NCBI GenBank assembly: GCA_963665665.1
Contig: OY762428.1
Coordinates: forward strand, 416,001 to 480,000
Length of the DNA stretch: 64,000 nucleotides
Source of the DNA: Candidatus Kapaibacterium sp.
Lineage (GTDB): Bacteria > Bacteroidota > Ignavibacteria > Kapaibacteriales > UBA2268
Reading direction: 5' to 3'
The position numbers and the translations under genes were made by a program. The notes under the pieces were generated by a model, which saw nothing but the letters and a program-made list of their open reading frames with translations, was not told where the DNA came from and did no database searches. This document shows positions 10,955 through 21,300 of the stretch, one piece after another; within the stretch, counting starts at the first letter, position 1; every line of letters starts with the position of its first letter.

Positions 10955-11406
10955 AATAATCCCTGAAATATTATTTGAGAATTGTGATAGCAAAAAAATT
11001 CAGATTTCAAAAATATTTGAATAAAAATACTCTTGCATTTATCATTATACAACAAATTAAAATATTCTATCTGCTATATTCTATTTAGCAATAAACAATT
11101 CCAAGCTCAACTTAGGAAATAATTTGAATATTTCATAATAATTTATATAGAATAAAATAATAATTCAATTGAATATTTATCAAACCATGTTAGCTAAGTG
11201 TATCGTAAATTTTATTTTTTTCCTATAGAAGATGATTTGTTTTTATTCTTAAAATATCAATTTGAAGTTCTTGCCTTTTTCAACAAATTTTTGTATCTCC
11301 GATTTAAGAAATTTTATTTACTGAATACATCTAATTTGCCTTGCTTTTAAGCAAATAAATATATAAATTTTAAAGATTTTTGGATTATCAATATCCGGGG
11401 ATAAAA

Positions 11407-12897
11407 GTGAAAGTATTTGTATTAATTATTTTGAATTTTGCCATGTTCTCATTTTCATGTTCGCAGGATGCTTTAGATGAAAGTATGATTAGTACCAGGC
11501 CCGCAACCGTAGCCGGGACATTTTACCCGTCAAATCCTGACACTCTGGGCAGGATGATTGATGAATATCTTGATAATGCCCGGGATTCCGGAATAGAAGG
11601 AGCAATCCGCGCTATTGCCGTTCCTCATGCGGGTTATGTTTACAGCGGCTGGATTGCCGGGATGTCTTATTCAGCAGTTCGGGGCCGGGAATATGATGCA
11701 GTGATAATTATCGGCCCAAGCCATTCCGAGCGATTTTACGGTGCTTCCATTTTTGACGGTGAGGGTTACAGCACTCCATTCGGGGTTGCTGAAATTGACC
11801 GGGATATGGCCCAACTAATTGAAAAGGAAAGCGAAACAGTAATAATTTCAAGGAACGGACATGGGTGGAATAGCAGCAGTTCCGAGCATTCAATTGAAGT
11901 TCAGGTTCCGTTTATCCAAAGGGTATTGCCTAAAGTACCTATTGTACCGATTTGTATGGGCAGCCAGGATTTCAGGACTATTGACCAGTTAGCACAGGCA
12001 ATTATTCGCGGAGTAAAGAATTCCGGGAAGGAAGTTCTGATTGTTGCCAGTACTGACCTCTCGCACTTCCATAAGCAATCGGAAGCCAGGGAAATTGATA
12101 AGCGTTTCGTTGAGTCATTCGAAAGATATGACTATTTTAAAATTTCGCTTGAACTGGCCATGAGAAAATGTGAAGCCTGCGGCGGCGGCCCTGTGGCGAC
12201 AGCAATGATTGCTGCCGAAAATCTTGGAGCAACAGAATCCATAGCTCTGCATTATGCAAGCTCAGCGGATTCTCCCCGGGTAAATGCCGATACAAACCGC
12301 GTTGTAGGATATTTTGCAGGCCTGATGTTCGAAGGAGATGACAGCTTTGATATACTTCCTGATCTGAATGAAGATGAAAAGAATATTCTCAAAAAATTTG
12401 CTATGAACGGAGTTAAAAAGGCTGTTAAGGATAAAGAACTTGATAATATAACAATTGTACCTTCTTCAATCAAATATCCGTTTGCCACATTTGTAACAAT
12501 CAAAAAGGACGGAAGGCTGCGGGGATGCATGGGCCATACCATTGCAGGCAGGCCGCTAATGGACGAAGTTGAAGAAACCGGCTGGATGGCAGCAGCAAAA
12601 GATCCGCGTTTTACACCCCTGAAAAAAGCTGAACTTGATAAAATTGACTTCGAGATAACAATCCTTTCAAGATTTAAACGTATTTTTGCATCTGAAGAAG
12701 TTGATGTCGGCAAAGACGGTGTTTATCTTCGAGTTGGAAATGCTTCCGGGCTTTTCCTTCCGCAGGTAGCCCCGGAACAAGGCTGGGACAGGGAAACCTT
12801 TCTTGAGCAGCTTGGAAGGAAAGCCGGCCTGAATGATTCTGCTTATCTTTTGCCTGAAGCGGAGCTTTATATCTTCAGGGCTGTGATTATTGAATGA
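11407..12897 (+). CDS. AmmeMemoRadiSam protein B (Memo) - protein A (AMMECR1) fusion
   Basis: Memo motifs RPATVAGTFYP, PHAGYVYSG, GPSH, EHSIEVQ, STDLSH, ACG. AMMECR1 motifs LRGCMG, DPRF, FLPQV. Probable GTG start at 11407. Confidence 0.9.
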   Translation: MKVFVLIILNFAMFSFSCSQDALDESMISTRPATVAGTFYPSNPDTLGRMIDEYLDNARDSGIEGAIRAIAVPHAGYVYSGWIAGMSYSAVRGREYDAVIIIGPSHSERFYGASIFDGEGYSTPFGVAEIDRDMAQLIEKESETVIISRNGHGWNSSSSEHSIEVQVPFIQRVLPKVPIVPICMGSQDFRTIDQLAQAIIRGVKNSGKEVLIVASTDLSHFHKQSEAREIDKRFVESFERYDYFKISLELAMRKCEACGGGPVATAMIAAENLGATESIALHYASSADSPRVNADTNRVVGYFAGLMFEGDDSFDILPDLNEDEKNILKKFAMNGVKKAVKDKELDNITIVPSSIKYPFATFVTIKKDGRLRGCMGHTIAGRPLMDEVEETGWMAAAKDPRFTPLKKAELDKIDFEITILSRFKRIFASEEVDVGKDGVYLRVGNASGLFLPQVAPEQGWDRETFLEQLGRKAGLNDSAYLLPEAELYIFRAVIIE

Positions 12898-12912
12898 TGA
12901 AACAGGAACGGA

Positions 12913-14418
12913 ATGACTGAAAAAAAGATTGATAATGAGAATATTGAGCAAGGACTACTGGAAAGAATAGAGAATTTTGAAAAGTCCGGAAGAATTCCGA
13001 TTCAGGAAAATATCCTGAAGGAAATTGGGAAATTTGCAGGGGAAAATGATTATCAGGTACATGTTGTGGGAGGTTATGTCAGGGATTATTTTCTGGACAG
13101 GCCCAGGCACGACCTTGATTGTACCGTTGAAGGTGATGCGATTGAATTCGCCCGGAAACTTGCCGAAAAATACAACACTAAAGCAGTGATATACGAAAGG
13201 TTCCGTACAGCCCTGGTACCCATTGGTGAATATCATTGTGAATTCGTTGGAACCAGGAAAGAAATTTATCAGGAAAATTCAAGAAAACCAATTGTAACAG
13301 AAGGGACGCTCGAAGACGATATTAAGCGCCGTGACTTTACGATAAATGCATTGGCAGCATCGCTGAATCCTGATAGGCTAGGACAGATAACCGACCTTTT
13401 CAGTGGTATTGAAGATATGAAAAAAGGTCTGCTGAAAACCCCGCTTGACCCGGAAATCACATATAGTGACGATCCGCTCAGAATGATGCGCGCTGCAAGA
13501 TTTGCATCCCAATTGGATTTTATGATAGAAGAAAACAGCTTTGACGCAATAAAGAATATGTCGGACAGGATAAGTATTATATCACAGGAACGTGTAACTG
13601 ACGAGCTTTTGAAAATTTTAAATTCAAAAAATCCTTCCAAGGGATTTTATATATTATTTTTTACCGGATTGCTGGAAAAAGTTTTCCCTGAACTTTATAA
13701 CCTTGCAGGTGTTGAAATTGTCCAGGAAGGAAATAAGGAGTTCGGCCATAAAGATGTTTTCAGGCACACATTGAAGGTTTTGGATAACCTTTCTTCAGTA
13801 AGTGATAAAACATGGCTGAGATTTTCGGCCCTTGTTCACGATATTGCAAAACCTCAGACCAAAAGATTCAGCGATGGAACAGGATGGACCTTTCACGGAC
13901 ACGAGGAGATAGGCGCCAGGAAAATGAAAGGCATTTTTAAAAGGCTTAAATTACCAATGGACAATCTCCCGTATGTTGAAAAACTGGTAAGGCTTCACCA
14001 GCGCCCTATGGCGCTTGTTGATGACGGAGTGACTGACTCAGCCGTCAGGCGGCTCGCAGTAAAAGCAGGAACTGCCCTTGAAGATCTTTTTATGCTTTGC
14101 CGTGCTGATATAACAACTAAAAATCCTAACCTGAACGCTAAATACCTTGCTAATTACGAGAAGGTAGCACAAAAGGTAATGGACGTACAGGAAAAAGATA
14201 AACTGCGGGAATTCCAGTCACCGGTCAGGGGAGAGGAAATTATGGAGATTTGCGGATTACCGCCGTCGCGTCCCGTTGGAATAATTAAAACTAATATCGA
14301 GGAAGCCATACTTGAGGGTATAATTCCGAACGAGTATGACAATGCGAAGCAATACTTCCTTGAACATAAAGACAAATGGATAAATGATCTTGTTGAACAG
14401 GGTATGATAGAAAGATAG
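12913..14418 (+). CDS. cca: CCA tRNA nucleotidyltransferase with HD domain
   Basis: VGGYVRD, DLD, RRDFTINA, DDPLRMMRAARF, LVHDIAKP motifs. Confidence 0.9.
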   Translation: MTEKKIDNENIEQGLLERIENFEKSGRIPIQENILKEIGKFAGENDYQVHVVGGYVRDYFLDRPRHDLDCTVEGDAIEFARKLAEKYNTKAVIYERFRTALVPIGEYHCEFVGTRKEIYQENSRKPIVTEGTLEDDIKRRDFTINALAASLNPDRLGQITDLFSGIEDMKKGLLKTPLDPEITYSDDPLRMMRAARFASQLDFMIEENSFDAIKNMSDRISIISQERVTDELLKILNSKNPSKGFYILFFTGLLEKVFPELYNLAGVEIVQEGNKEFGHKDVFRHTLKVLDNLSSVSDKTWLRFSALVHDIAKPQTKRFSDGTGWTFHGHEEIGARKMKGIFKRLKLPMDNLPYVEKLVRLHQRPMALVDDGVTDSAVRRLAVKAGTALEDLFMLCRADITTKNPNLNAKYLANYEKVAQKVMDVQEKDKLREFQSPVRGEEIMEICGLPPSRPVGIIKTNIEEAILEGIIPNEYDNAKQYFLEHKDKWINDLVEQGMIER

Positions 14419-14419
14419 A

Positions 14420-15316
14420 ATGAAAACAGCCTTAAAAGCAGGTTTGGTTATTGCAGTTATTGCCACGATTTTTGCAGCATTGTTGTATTATTTCGGAGCG
14501 CCTTATGCAGTAATAAAGCCACAGAGTTCATTTGTAATGTATAATGCTGATGAATCAGGTTTGGATAAGAAAGAATTTATAACCACTACTGATGACGGCA
14601 CAAAATTATCATCAATATTTATCAGAACGGACAGGCGGGATTCGGCAGCAACAATTTTTATTCTACATGGTATATGGGACAGAAAAGAAACCAATCTCCC
14701 GCTTGCAAATGTTTTCGCGCAATACGGTTTTAATACAATACTTACAGACTTACGAGGACACGGAGATAGCGAAGGTGAATTCTTCACCTATGGCTACAGG
14801 GAGAAAGGGGATGTAAAAGCAGTACTGGACGATGCAATCAGCAGATTTCATTTAGGTGAGAATATCGGGCTGTTTGGCTTTTCAGCCGGAGCAGCTATTG
14901 GCTTACAGTTTTTAGAAAAAGACACAATGGTTGACGCCGCTGTTATTGTATCTACATTTTCAGATCTTAACAAAATTATTCCTGATTATCTTCAGAGAAT
15001 TACCAGGCTCAGAAGCCCGATGCTTTCCGATATTTTAATTAACAGGGCTGAAAGCATTGCAGATTTCGAGACAGATTCGGTAAGTCCCCGAAAATCAGCG
15101 GCCAAAATCAATATCCCTATTTTGATGATACATGGAGAAAAAGACAGAAAGATAAAGTTAGAATATGGAAAAGAAGTATTTGAGGTTTTGAAATCAGAAC
15201 ATAAAGAATTTCTTCCCATGAAAGATGCCGGCCATCTGGATGTTTTAGAGAAAGGCGGCAGAAACCTGGAAATGCGGCTTGTGAATTTTTATAAGAAAAA
15301 TTTGAAAGATCAATAA
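14420..15316 (+). CDS. Membrane-anchored alpha/beta hydrolase
   Basis: N-terminal TM, DLRGHG, GFSAG nucleophile, HGEKD and GH catalytic motifs. Confidence 0.85.
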   Translation: MKTALKAGLVIAVIATIFAALLYYFGAPYAVIKPQSSFVMYNADESGLDKKEFITTTDDGTKLSSIFIRTDRRDSAATIFILHGIWDRKETNLPLANVFAQYGFNTILTDLRGHGDSEGEFFTYGYREKGDVKAVLDDAISRFHLGENIGLFGFSAGAAIGLQFLEKDTMVDAAVIVSTFSDLNKIIPDYLQRITRLRSPMLSDILINRAESIADFETDSVSPRKSAAKINIPILMIHGEKDRKIKLEYGKEVFEVLKSEHKEFLPMKDAGHLDVLEKGGRNLEMRLVNFYKKNLKDQ

Positions 15317-15468
15317 CACATAATCCGAAAAGATCATTTATACAATATATAATTCATTAAATCATTAACCAGACTTCTGAATTCGCAAATACTTATGGAA
15401 GTTCCCCTGTTTGTCCCTTTCGTGAAAAAGGAGCTTACGTTATTAGTAAAAATCAACAAAACAATTCG

Positions 15469-17814
15469 CTATTGAGAATCACCAACTAAATATTTATAGC
15501 AATTTTCTGCAGCGTTTTGTTTTGATTTTTTCTTGTTTAAACCGTGGCTTGAAAACGAAAGTCTTTTACCTGAGTAATACAAATTAATATTACATTCAAA
15601 AACAGGTTCATGCACGCTGCCAATTTGCTTGTATTCATATTGTGGTAATTGGAGATTAGACTTAACGCAGAATTCCTGTAATAATCCGATATAGTTTTTC
15701 GAATCAGTATTTTTTACTATTGTTTTTTCTTCGATTATAATTCCGGATTCGTTAATTTTTTCGAGAATTTTTTTTGCGGCATCCTGCTTTGCCCTTTTTT
15801 TATTGTTTGAAAGTATCTCCACAAGAATTGTTTCCGAAGAAACTACAAGATTGCAAATACACTTTATTACGGGCTGATGATGAGGCCCGCTGATTTCAAA
15901 ATTGAATACGGGATCTGACCAATCTTCATTTTTTGCACATAATTCAAGGAGCCTGCCTACATAGTTTTCCTCTTTAACGCTATCTTTAGTATTATCCGAA
16001 ATAATTTGAGGCTGCACAGGAATTTCTTCGTCATTATCAATAGTCATAGCATATTCACCATTTTCAAAATACTTTTTTAGATCATAAATTGTTTTTTCAT
16101 CAGATATTATCTCATCCGGTAAAATATTTTGTTCCTTATTTGCAATTGAATCATCCGTTTCGATTGAAAAATTTGAATCGTTTATAACTGTTTCACAGCT
16201 ATCATTACAGCAGTTACTATCTTTGATTTCAATTATTTCAGTTTCCGGAAAATCCAGAATTTCGATCAGAATATCAGCCGCACACAGGTGAGCAGCATCT
16301 TTTTTTCTTTTTGAATAAATAAATTGTGAATTTTCTACAGTTTTGTCTTTTATGTTTAGGATTACTTTAGCATTGAAACCATCGGATTGATTATTGTATT
16401 CGAAATCGTACCTGTCGATAACATCTTTTTGTTGAAGAATATTTAAAAGCTGTACAGCAGCCCCCTGTGTCTCTTTTATATATCTTAAAGCACACTTTTT
16501 TATGGGAAACCATTCTACACTTTTTTTATCAGTTTTGAATAATAATATATAAAGAATATTCATATCAATATTCTTTGATTCAAATCTTTTTTTCAATGCA
16601 GATTCAAGTTCTGGCAAAAGTACATTTTCTTTTACGGCAGCTTTAAGTACCGGTGCAAAGTCTGATGTTTGCATTTTTACAAGCTGTTCTTCCGTGGAAT
16701 AGTTCAGTTTAATTTTTGAGGCAAAAAAAGCAGTTTCCTTCATATATTTTGCTTTTTCTTCCATAATGGCAGTATTTTTATTATTAATATCATTAGCCAT
16801 TTCATGAAGCAGGTCAATCTCGAAAGATGGTTTTCCCTGATGCAGGAAATCTTTCAACACAAATTGATTAATCAGATCGGCAATTCTTCTGATGGGGGAA
16901 GTAACGTGAGTATAAGCAGGTTCATTCAAACCATAATGCCCCTGTAATGCCAGGCCGTAAGTAGCCTTATTGAACCAGAGTTTACTACGTTCGCGCAAAG
17001 AATTCAGAAATTTTGAGTTAACTAGAGCTAAATTAATTTGTTCGAGTATTTGCTGCCTGTCAGGAGCATTCATCCTGACAGTATGATTTCTATATAGCAA
17101 CGGAATATTGTTTTCAGCGCAAAATACAGCCAAAGCTTTATTGGTTAAAATCATAAATTCCTGTACAACAATATTGCCAATATGTGCCCTGCCTTCATTC
17201 AGCGGAAGAATATTCCCTTCTTCGTTAGTATAAATTCCCTTTTTTAAATCATAAATGGCCAAAGCGCCGGTATTTTTTCTTTTTTCGAGTAACAATTCAG
17301 CTAATGAAGCCATTTCTCTGAATTTATTATAATCCTGGTCAGATTTCAAAGCCCTGATAATTGTATCGAAATCGCCGTAGCATAATCTCCGAGTGTTTGT
17401 AAAAACTGATTCATAAAATTTAAAATCAAGAATATCAGCCTGCGACGATAATTCAATTTCAAAAGTGATAGCAGCTTTTTGGGTACGCGGCAACAAACTC
17501 AGCTTAGAATCGGAAAGTGCCTTTGGCAGCATGGATTCATTCCAACCGGAATAATACCTTGTTTCAATTTTTCGGAGAGCTTCCCTGAAAATTTCGGAAT
17601 CTGGTTTTACCAATACCGGAACGTTGGCAATAGAAACCTGTAGCAAATAATTCTTGCCATTTCTTTTTAAATCAATTCCGTCGTCAAGGTCTTTGGATTC
17701 GGCCCCGTCAATAGTGCAACCTGAAACTTCCGGTTTGTCTTCAGAATAGTCTTCCGGGAATTTCAAGGATTTCAGTTCTTTTAAAATCTGAGTTGAAATA
17801 TTATTTCTCTCCAT
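15469..17814 (-). CDS. RNB-domain (RNase II/R family) ribonuclease with C-terminal dsRNA-binding motifs
   Basis: TIDGAESKDLDDGI, QEFMILTN, HYGL..AYTHVTSPIRRIADL. Two clear and one weaker dsRBM (NYVGRLLELC..GPHHQP..KKRAKQDAA; NYIGLLQEFC..HEPVF..KKKSKQNAA). Confidence 0.88.
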   Translation of the reverse strand: MERNNISTQILKELKSLKFPEDYSEDKPEVSGCTIDGAESKDLDDGIDLKRNGKNYLLQVSIANVPVLVKPDSEIFREALRKIETRYYSGWNESMLPKALSDSKLSLLPRTQKAAITFEIELSSQADILDFKFYESVFTNTRRLCYGDFDTIIRALKSDQDYNKFREMASLAELLLEKRKNTGALAIYDLKKGIYTNEEGNILPLNEGRAHIGNIVVQEFMILTNKALAVFCAENNIPLLYRNHTVRMNAPDRQQILEQINLALVNSKFLNSLRERSKLWFNKATYGLALQGHYGLNEPAYTHVTSPIRRIADLINQFVLKDFLHQGKPSFEIDLLHEMANDINNKNTAIMEEKAKYMKETAFFASKIKLNYSTEEQLVKMQTSDFAPVLKAAVKENVLLPELESALKKRFESKNIDMNILYILLFKTDKKSVEWFPIKKCALRYIKETQGAAVQLLNILQQKDVIDRYDFEYNNQSDGFNAKVILNIKDKTVENSQFIYSKRKKDAAHLCAADILIEILDFPETEIIEIKDSNCCNDSCETVINDSNFSIETDDSIANKEQNILPDEIISDEKTIYDLKKYFENGEYAMTIDNDEEIPVQPQIISDNTKDSVKEENYVGRLLELCAKNEDWSDPVFNFEISGPHHQPVIKCICNLVVSSETILVEILSNNKKRAKQDAAKKILEKINESGIIIEEKTIVKNTDSKNYIGLLQEFCVKSNLQLPQYEYKQIGSVHEPVFECNINLYYSGKRLSFSSHGLNKKKSKQNAAENCYKYLVGDSQ

Positions 17815-17852
17815 ACGCTAACCAATTAAAATCACAGATTATCCTCTTCCAC

Positions 17853-17893
17853 ATATTTCACAATATTTGAAATATTTCAGAGGTTTGAAATAT
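17853..17893. promoter_or_regulatory. Two overlapping palindromes ATATTTCA-N6/7-TGAAATAT (putative operator)
   Basis: 17853-17875 and 17872-17893, lying about 40-80 nt upstream of the RNB gene start. Confidence 0.45.
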
Positions 17894-18063
17894 TGATTTT
17901 CAATAAAAATTCTTCTGATTTCAAGAATCAATTAAATATCTAATAATTTATTATTCAATTTATTCAATAATTAAGATATTAGCAAATTAATTTACATGTT
18001 TTTTTCAAAATCTGAATAATTTAATTATGATTTTGATCAGAAAATATGGTGGCTATTTTCTAA

Positions 18064-18108
18064 AATAAAAAAGGCAGGAAGTATTTATCGTTATAACTTC
18101 TTGCCTTT
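18064..18108 (-). terminator. Intrinsic terminator downstream of tRNA-Leu
   Basis: AAAGGCAGGAAGT...ACTTCTTGCCTTT stem followed by a T-run on the minus strand. Confidence 0.65.
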
Positions 18109-18125
18109 ATTAGTGTTAATCACTG

Positions 18126-18209
18126 TGCCCGGAAGAGGATTCGAACCTCCACGCCCGTACGGACACTACACCCTGAATGTAGCGCGTCTACCAATTCCGC
18201 CATCCGGGC
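18126..18209 (-). tRNA. tRNA-Leu(CAG)
   Basis: GCCCGGATGGCGGAATTGGTAGACGCG, anticodon arm CTACA-TTCAGGG-TGTAG, long variable arm, GGTTCGAATCC. CCA is not encoded. Confidence 0.96.
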
Positions 18210-18235
18210 AGACTCTGTTGTCAAAAGAACGAATA

Positions 18236-18330
18236 CAAATATAAGAATAATTTTTTAAAAACAACAATGAAATTTATTTTTATTTTGTCTGTTTTATTGT
18301 TGAATTTAATAATTTAATGTTTTATATTTG
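18236..18330. promoter_or_regulatory. Divergent promoters with TATATTTG -7 boxes (tRNA on minus strand, secreted protein on plus strand)
   Basis: TATATTTG on the minus strand at 18236-18243 and on the plus strand at 18323-18330. Confidence 0.5.
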
Positions 18331-18364
18331 AATAATAAGAGTCCACAACTTAAGGGTTTGAAAA

Positions 18365-21300
18365 ATGAATAAGTTAAATTATATATATACAACATTAGCC
18401 ATCATTGTTTTCTTATCAGCCGGAATTGCGCATAGCCAGCATTATTATATCAACGAATACCACAATGCATCTTCCGCATCAGAGGAATGGACGGAAATTA
18501 TTGTTGTTGATAATGATGCCTCGCTTGCAAATGTTGTTCTCAGGGATAATTCCACATCTTCTCAGTGGCCCGAGAACTGGCAGGGCGGTGTCAAATTCCT
18601 TGATATTCCTTTTTGGAGAAACATTCCTGTTGGAACTATAATTGTAATAAATCACAGGGGAAACGATGCTGTTGACATTAACCCACTTGACGGTTATATT
18701 GAAATTGATGCTGAAAACGAGAATTTCTTTGAAAAGGTTTGCTATGCCTGCACTCCCACTAACTGGCAAATAGGAGCGCTGAATATTGCAGGCAGCATGG
18801 ATATCGTTCAACTTTGCCACACTGATGGTGAAAATATCCACGCCCTGGCACATTCACCAAATTATGGTGGAGATATTTTGGATATTTACGGAAAGAAAAT
18901 CTGCTATCCCGAAAGTATTAGCTCGGGAGAAAGTGTTCAGATACTGCCGGGAGATAAATGGTATGCTTATGAAGGAGCTTACGATTCAGGAAAGTCCAAA
19001 ACCTGGGCCGGACAGCCAAGCAAGGGAAAAGCAAACAGCAACACGGCTTACCCGAATTCAAACTTTGAATACCTTCTGGGTAAAAGAAAACCTACATGGA
19101 TGGCTGCAAACGCAGACTGTGAAATAAACACGAATTCAGTAACAATCAACTGGTCGCAGTATCCTATGATATCTCCGTCCAACTTTATAAATTTCTTACT
19201 TGTCAGAATTCCGGAATCTGTATATTCAGGAGCAGATCATCCGCAACAGGGGAAATACTATGCCCCGGGCGATAAGATTGGCAGTGGAGAAGTTGTTTAT
19301 AATGGCAACAGACGACTATTCAAAGATCAGTACAGAATCGAAGCTAATGAGAAATGCTATTACCGCCTTTACGTATATCGTTACGGCCGTGACGATATCC
19401 TTGATAATAATACGATCGAAAGTGATATTGCCCGCGGCCCTGCTTATGATATGGATAATTTTGTTGAAGTTATGCTGGAAAAATATGAGCAGACAAGTGT
19501 TGAAATATTAACAGAAAACGGCATGAATGAATTCTGTGAGGACGACACTATGATACTTTGGGCAGAGGTTGAAGGAGCCGATCCGCCATTTGATTTTATG
19601 TGGTCTCATCACGGAGTTGTTGTGGCTGATTATAATGAGGAGGTTGATCAACTTCAAATTTCTTCCGGCGGACGATGGGAAGTTGAAGTTAAAAGCAAAT
19701 CGGGCATTATTGGTTACGATACAATATGGATAGACATGGTGGAAAAAGCCGAACCAATAATTATTCTTCCAGACGGTACTCCCGTTATAAACGACACAAC
19801 AGTTTATATTTGTGAGAACTCCGAACTGCAGGTATATGTAACAGAAGGTACTGAATGGCGCTGGGAAAAGGATTTTAAGTTAATCTCCGGGGCATCTGAC
19901 AGCCGTCTGACAATAAAAGAAGAAGGCAAATATGTGAATATTGCAAGCCTTTTCGAAAAATGCGAAGGTACATCCCCTGTTTTGGAAATTAAAAATTACT
20001 ATATTGATATCACACCTGACCCGGCTGATCTGGAATATCACCTTAGCGTAGGTGAAAATGTGCTCGATCAAAACCTGAAACTTACTAATAACAGCTACAT
20101 ACAATACGAATTTTCTGAAGATGATGTCGATCTTCCTGAATATTATGAAATTATTTCTCCTGATTTTCCGATAATTCTTGAACCTATGGGTGAAGTTAAT
20201 CTGACAATCAGGTTCAGGCCGGAAGTTCCCGGAAATTTTGGTGGTAATATAGTTTTCGAAACCGATTGTGATTTGGAATATTCATATTATATTTATGGAA
20301 CAAGTCCAAGCCAGATAGTATTTGCAGAATTCAGCGAACTTGATTTCGGCCTTATAGCGGATTGTCTTTCAGCTGATACAACACTCACATCAAGCGTATA
20401 TAATTCCGGGGTTGAAGACGTTACCTTGTACGAACCAATAGTAACGGAGCCATTTTATATTGCAAACCCATACTCATATCCTCATAATTTCGTTTCGGGT
20501 GCTACATGGCCTGTAAAATTTGCAATTAATGCCCCCGCTTCCGGTGAACATGAAGGAACAGCACTTTTCCCCATTAAAATCGGCGAAAGTATTGATACAT
20601 TGAAAATTTTACTGGAATGTGAAATCCGTTCTCCGGAGTTTAGTATTCTTAACAATAACATTTCCCTGACTATTCCGGAATGTGAAAATTCTGTTGACGA
20701 AACAATACAAGTTCGAAATCAGGGATTTTTTGACCTGACGATTGAAAATAATCCTGCACCTGAAATAGAAATCCAGGGATTACCCCTGACAATAAAAGCG
20801 GGTGAATCTAAAGCTATGACTTTTACATACAGCCTGCCGGACGGTTTTACAAATGGCAGCCTGTACAATTATCATATTGAAGCAGAACCATGCCAGGCCA
20901 TTTCCGATATTGACATCACTGTTCAGAAAAAAGGATATAATTACCAATTTTCAGATAATTCTGTAATTGATCTGGATACGCTTGTTTATTGTAGTGGAGA
21001 GATAAATATTGATGATGCTATTGAACTTCTGATTGAAGGCGTATCAGATAATTCAGCTACAATCGTTAACTTTGAGTATTCAACAGATATTAACAACCTT
21101 TTCGAAGCTGATTTCACTGAGGGAAATATTCTCGAATCCGGTACTCATCCACTGAATCTGAAAGTTACCGGATATCGTGAAGGTTACTTTGAAGGAGAGA
21201 TAACGCTAAGTATTGAACCTTGCTCAGAAAGAAAATCATTTTCAATCAAAGGATATATTTATCAACCTGAGATCAGTATTGATAATACATCCTTAAATTT

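Noticed and set aside
17841-17850. 10-bp inverted match (ATCCTCTTCC) to the tRNA T-arm/acceptor region
   Set aside because: Too short, wrong orientation for an att site, and plausible by chance.
15317-18209. Integrative element at tRNA-Leu carrying the RNB gene
   Set aside because: No integrase and no direct repeat of the tRNA 3' end was seen near 15.3-15.5 kb.
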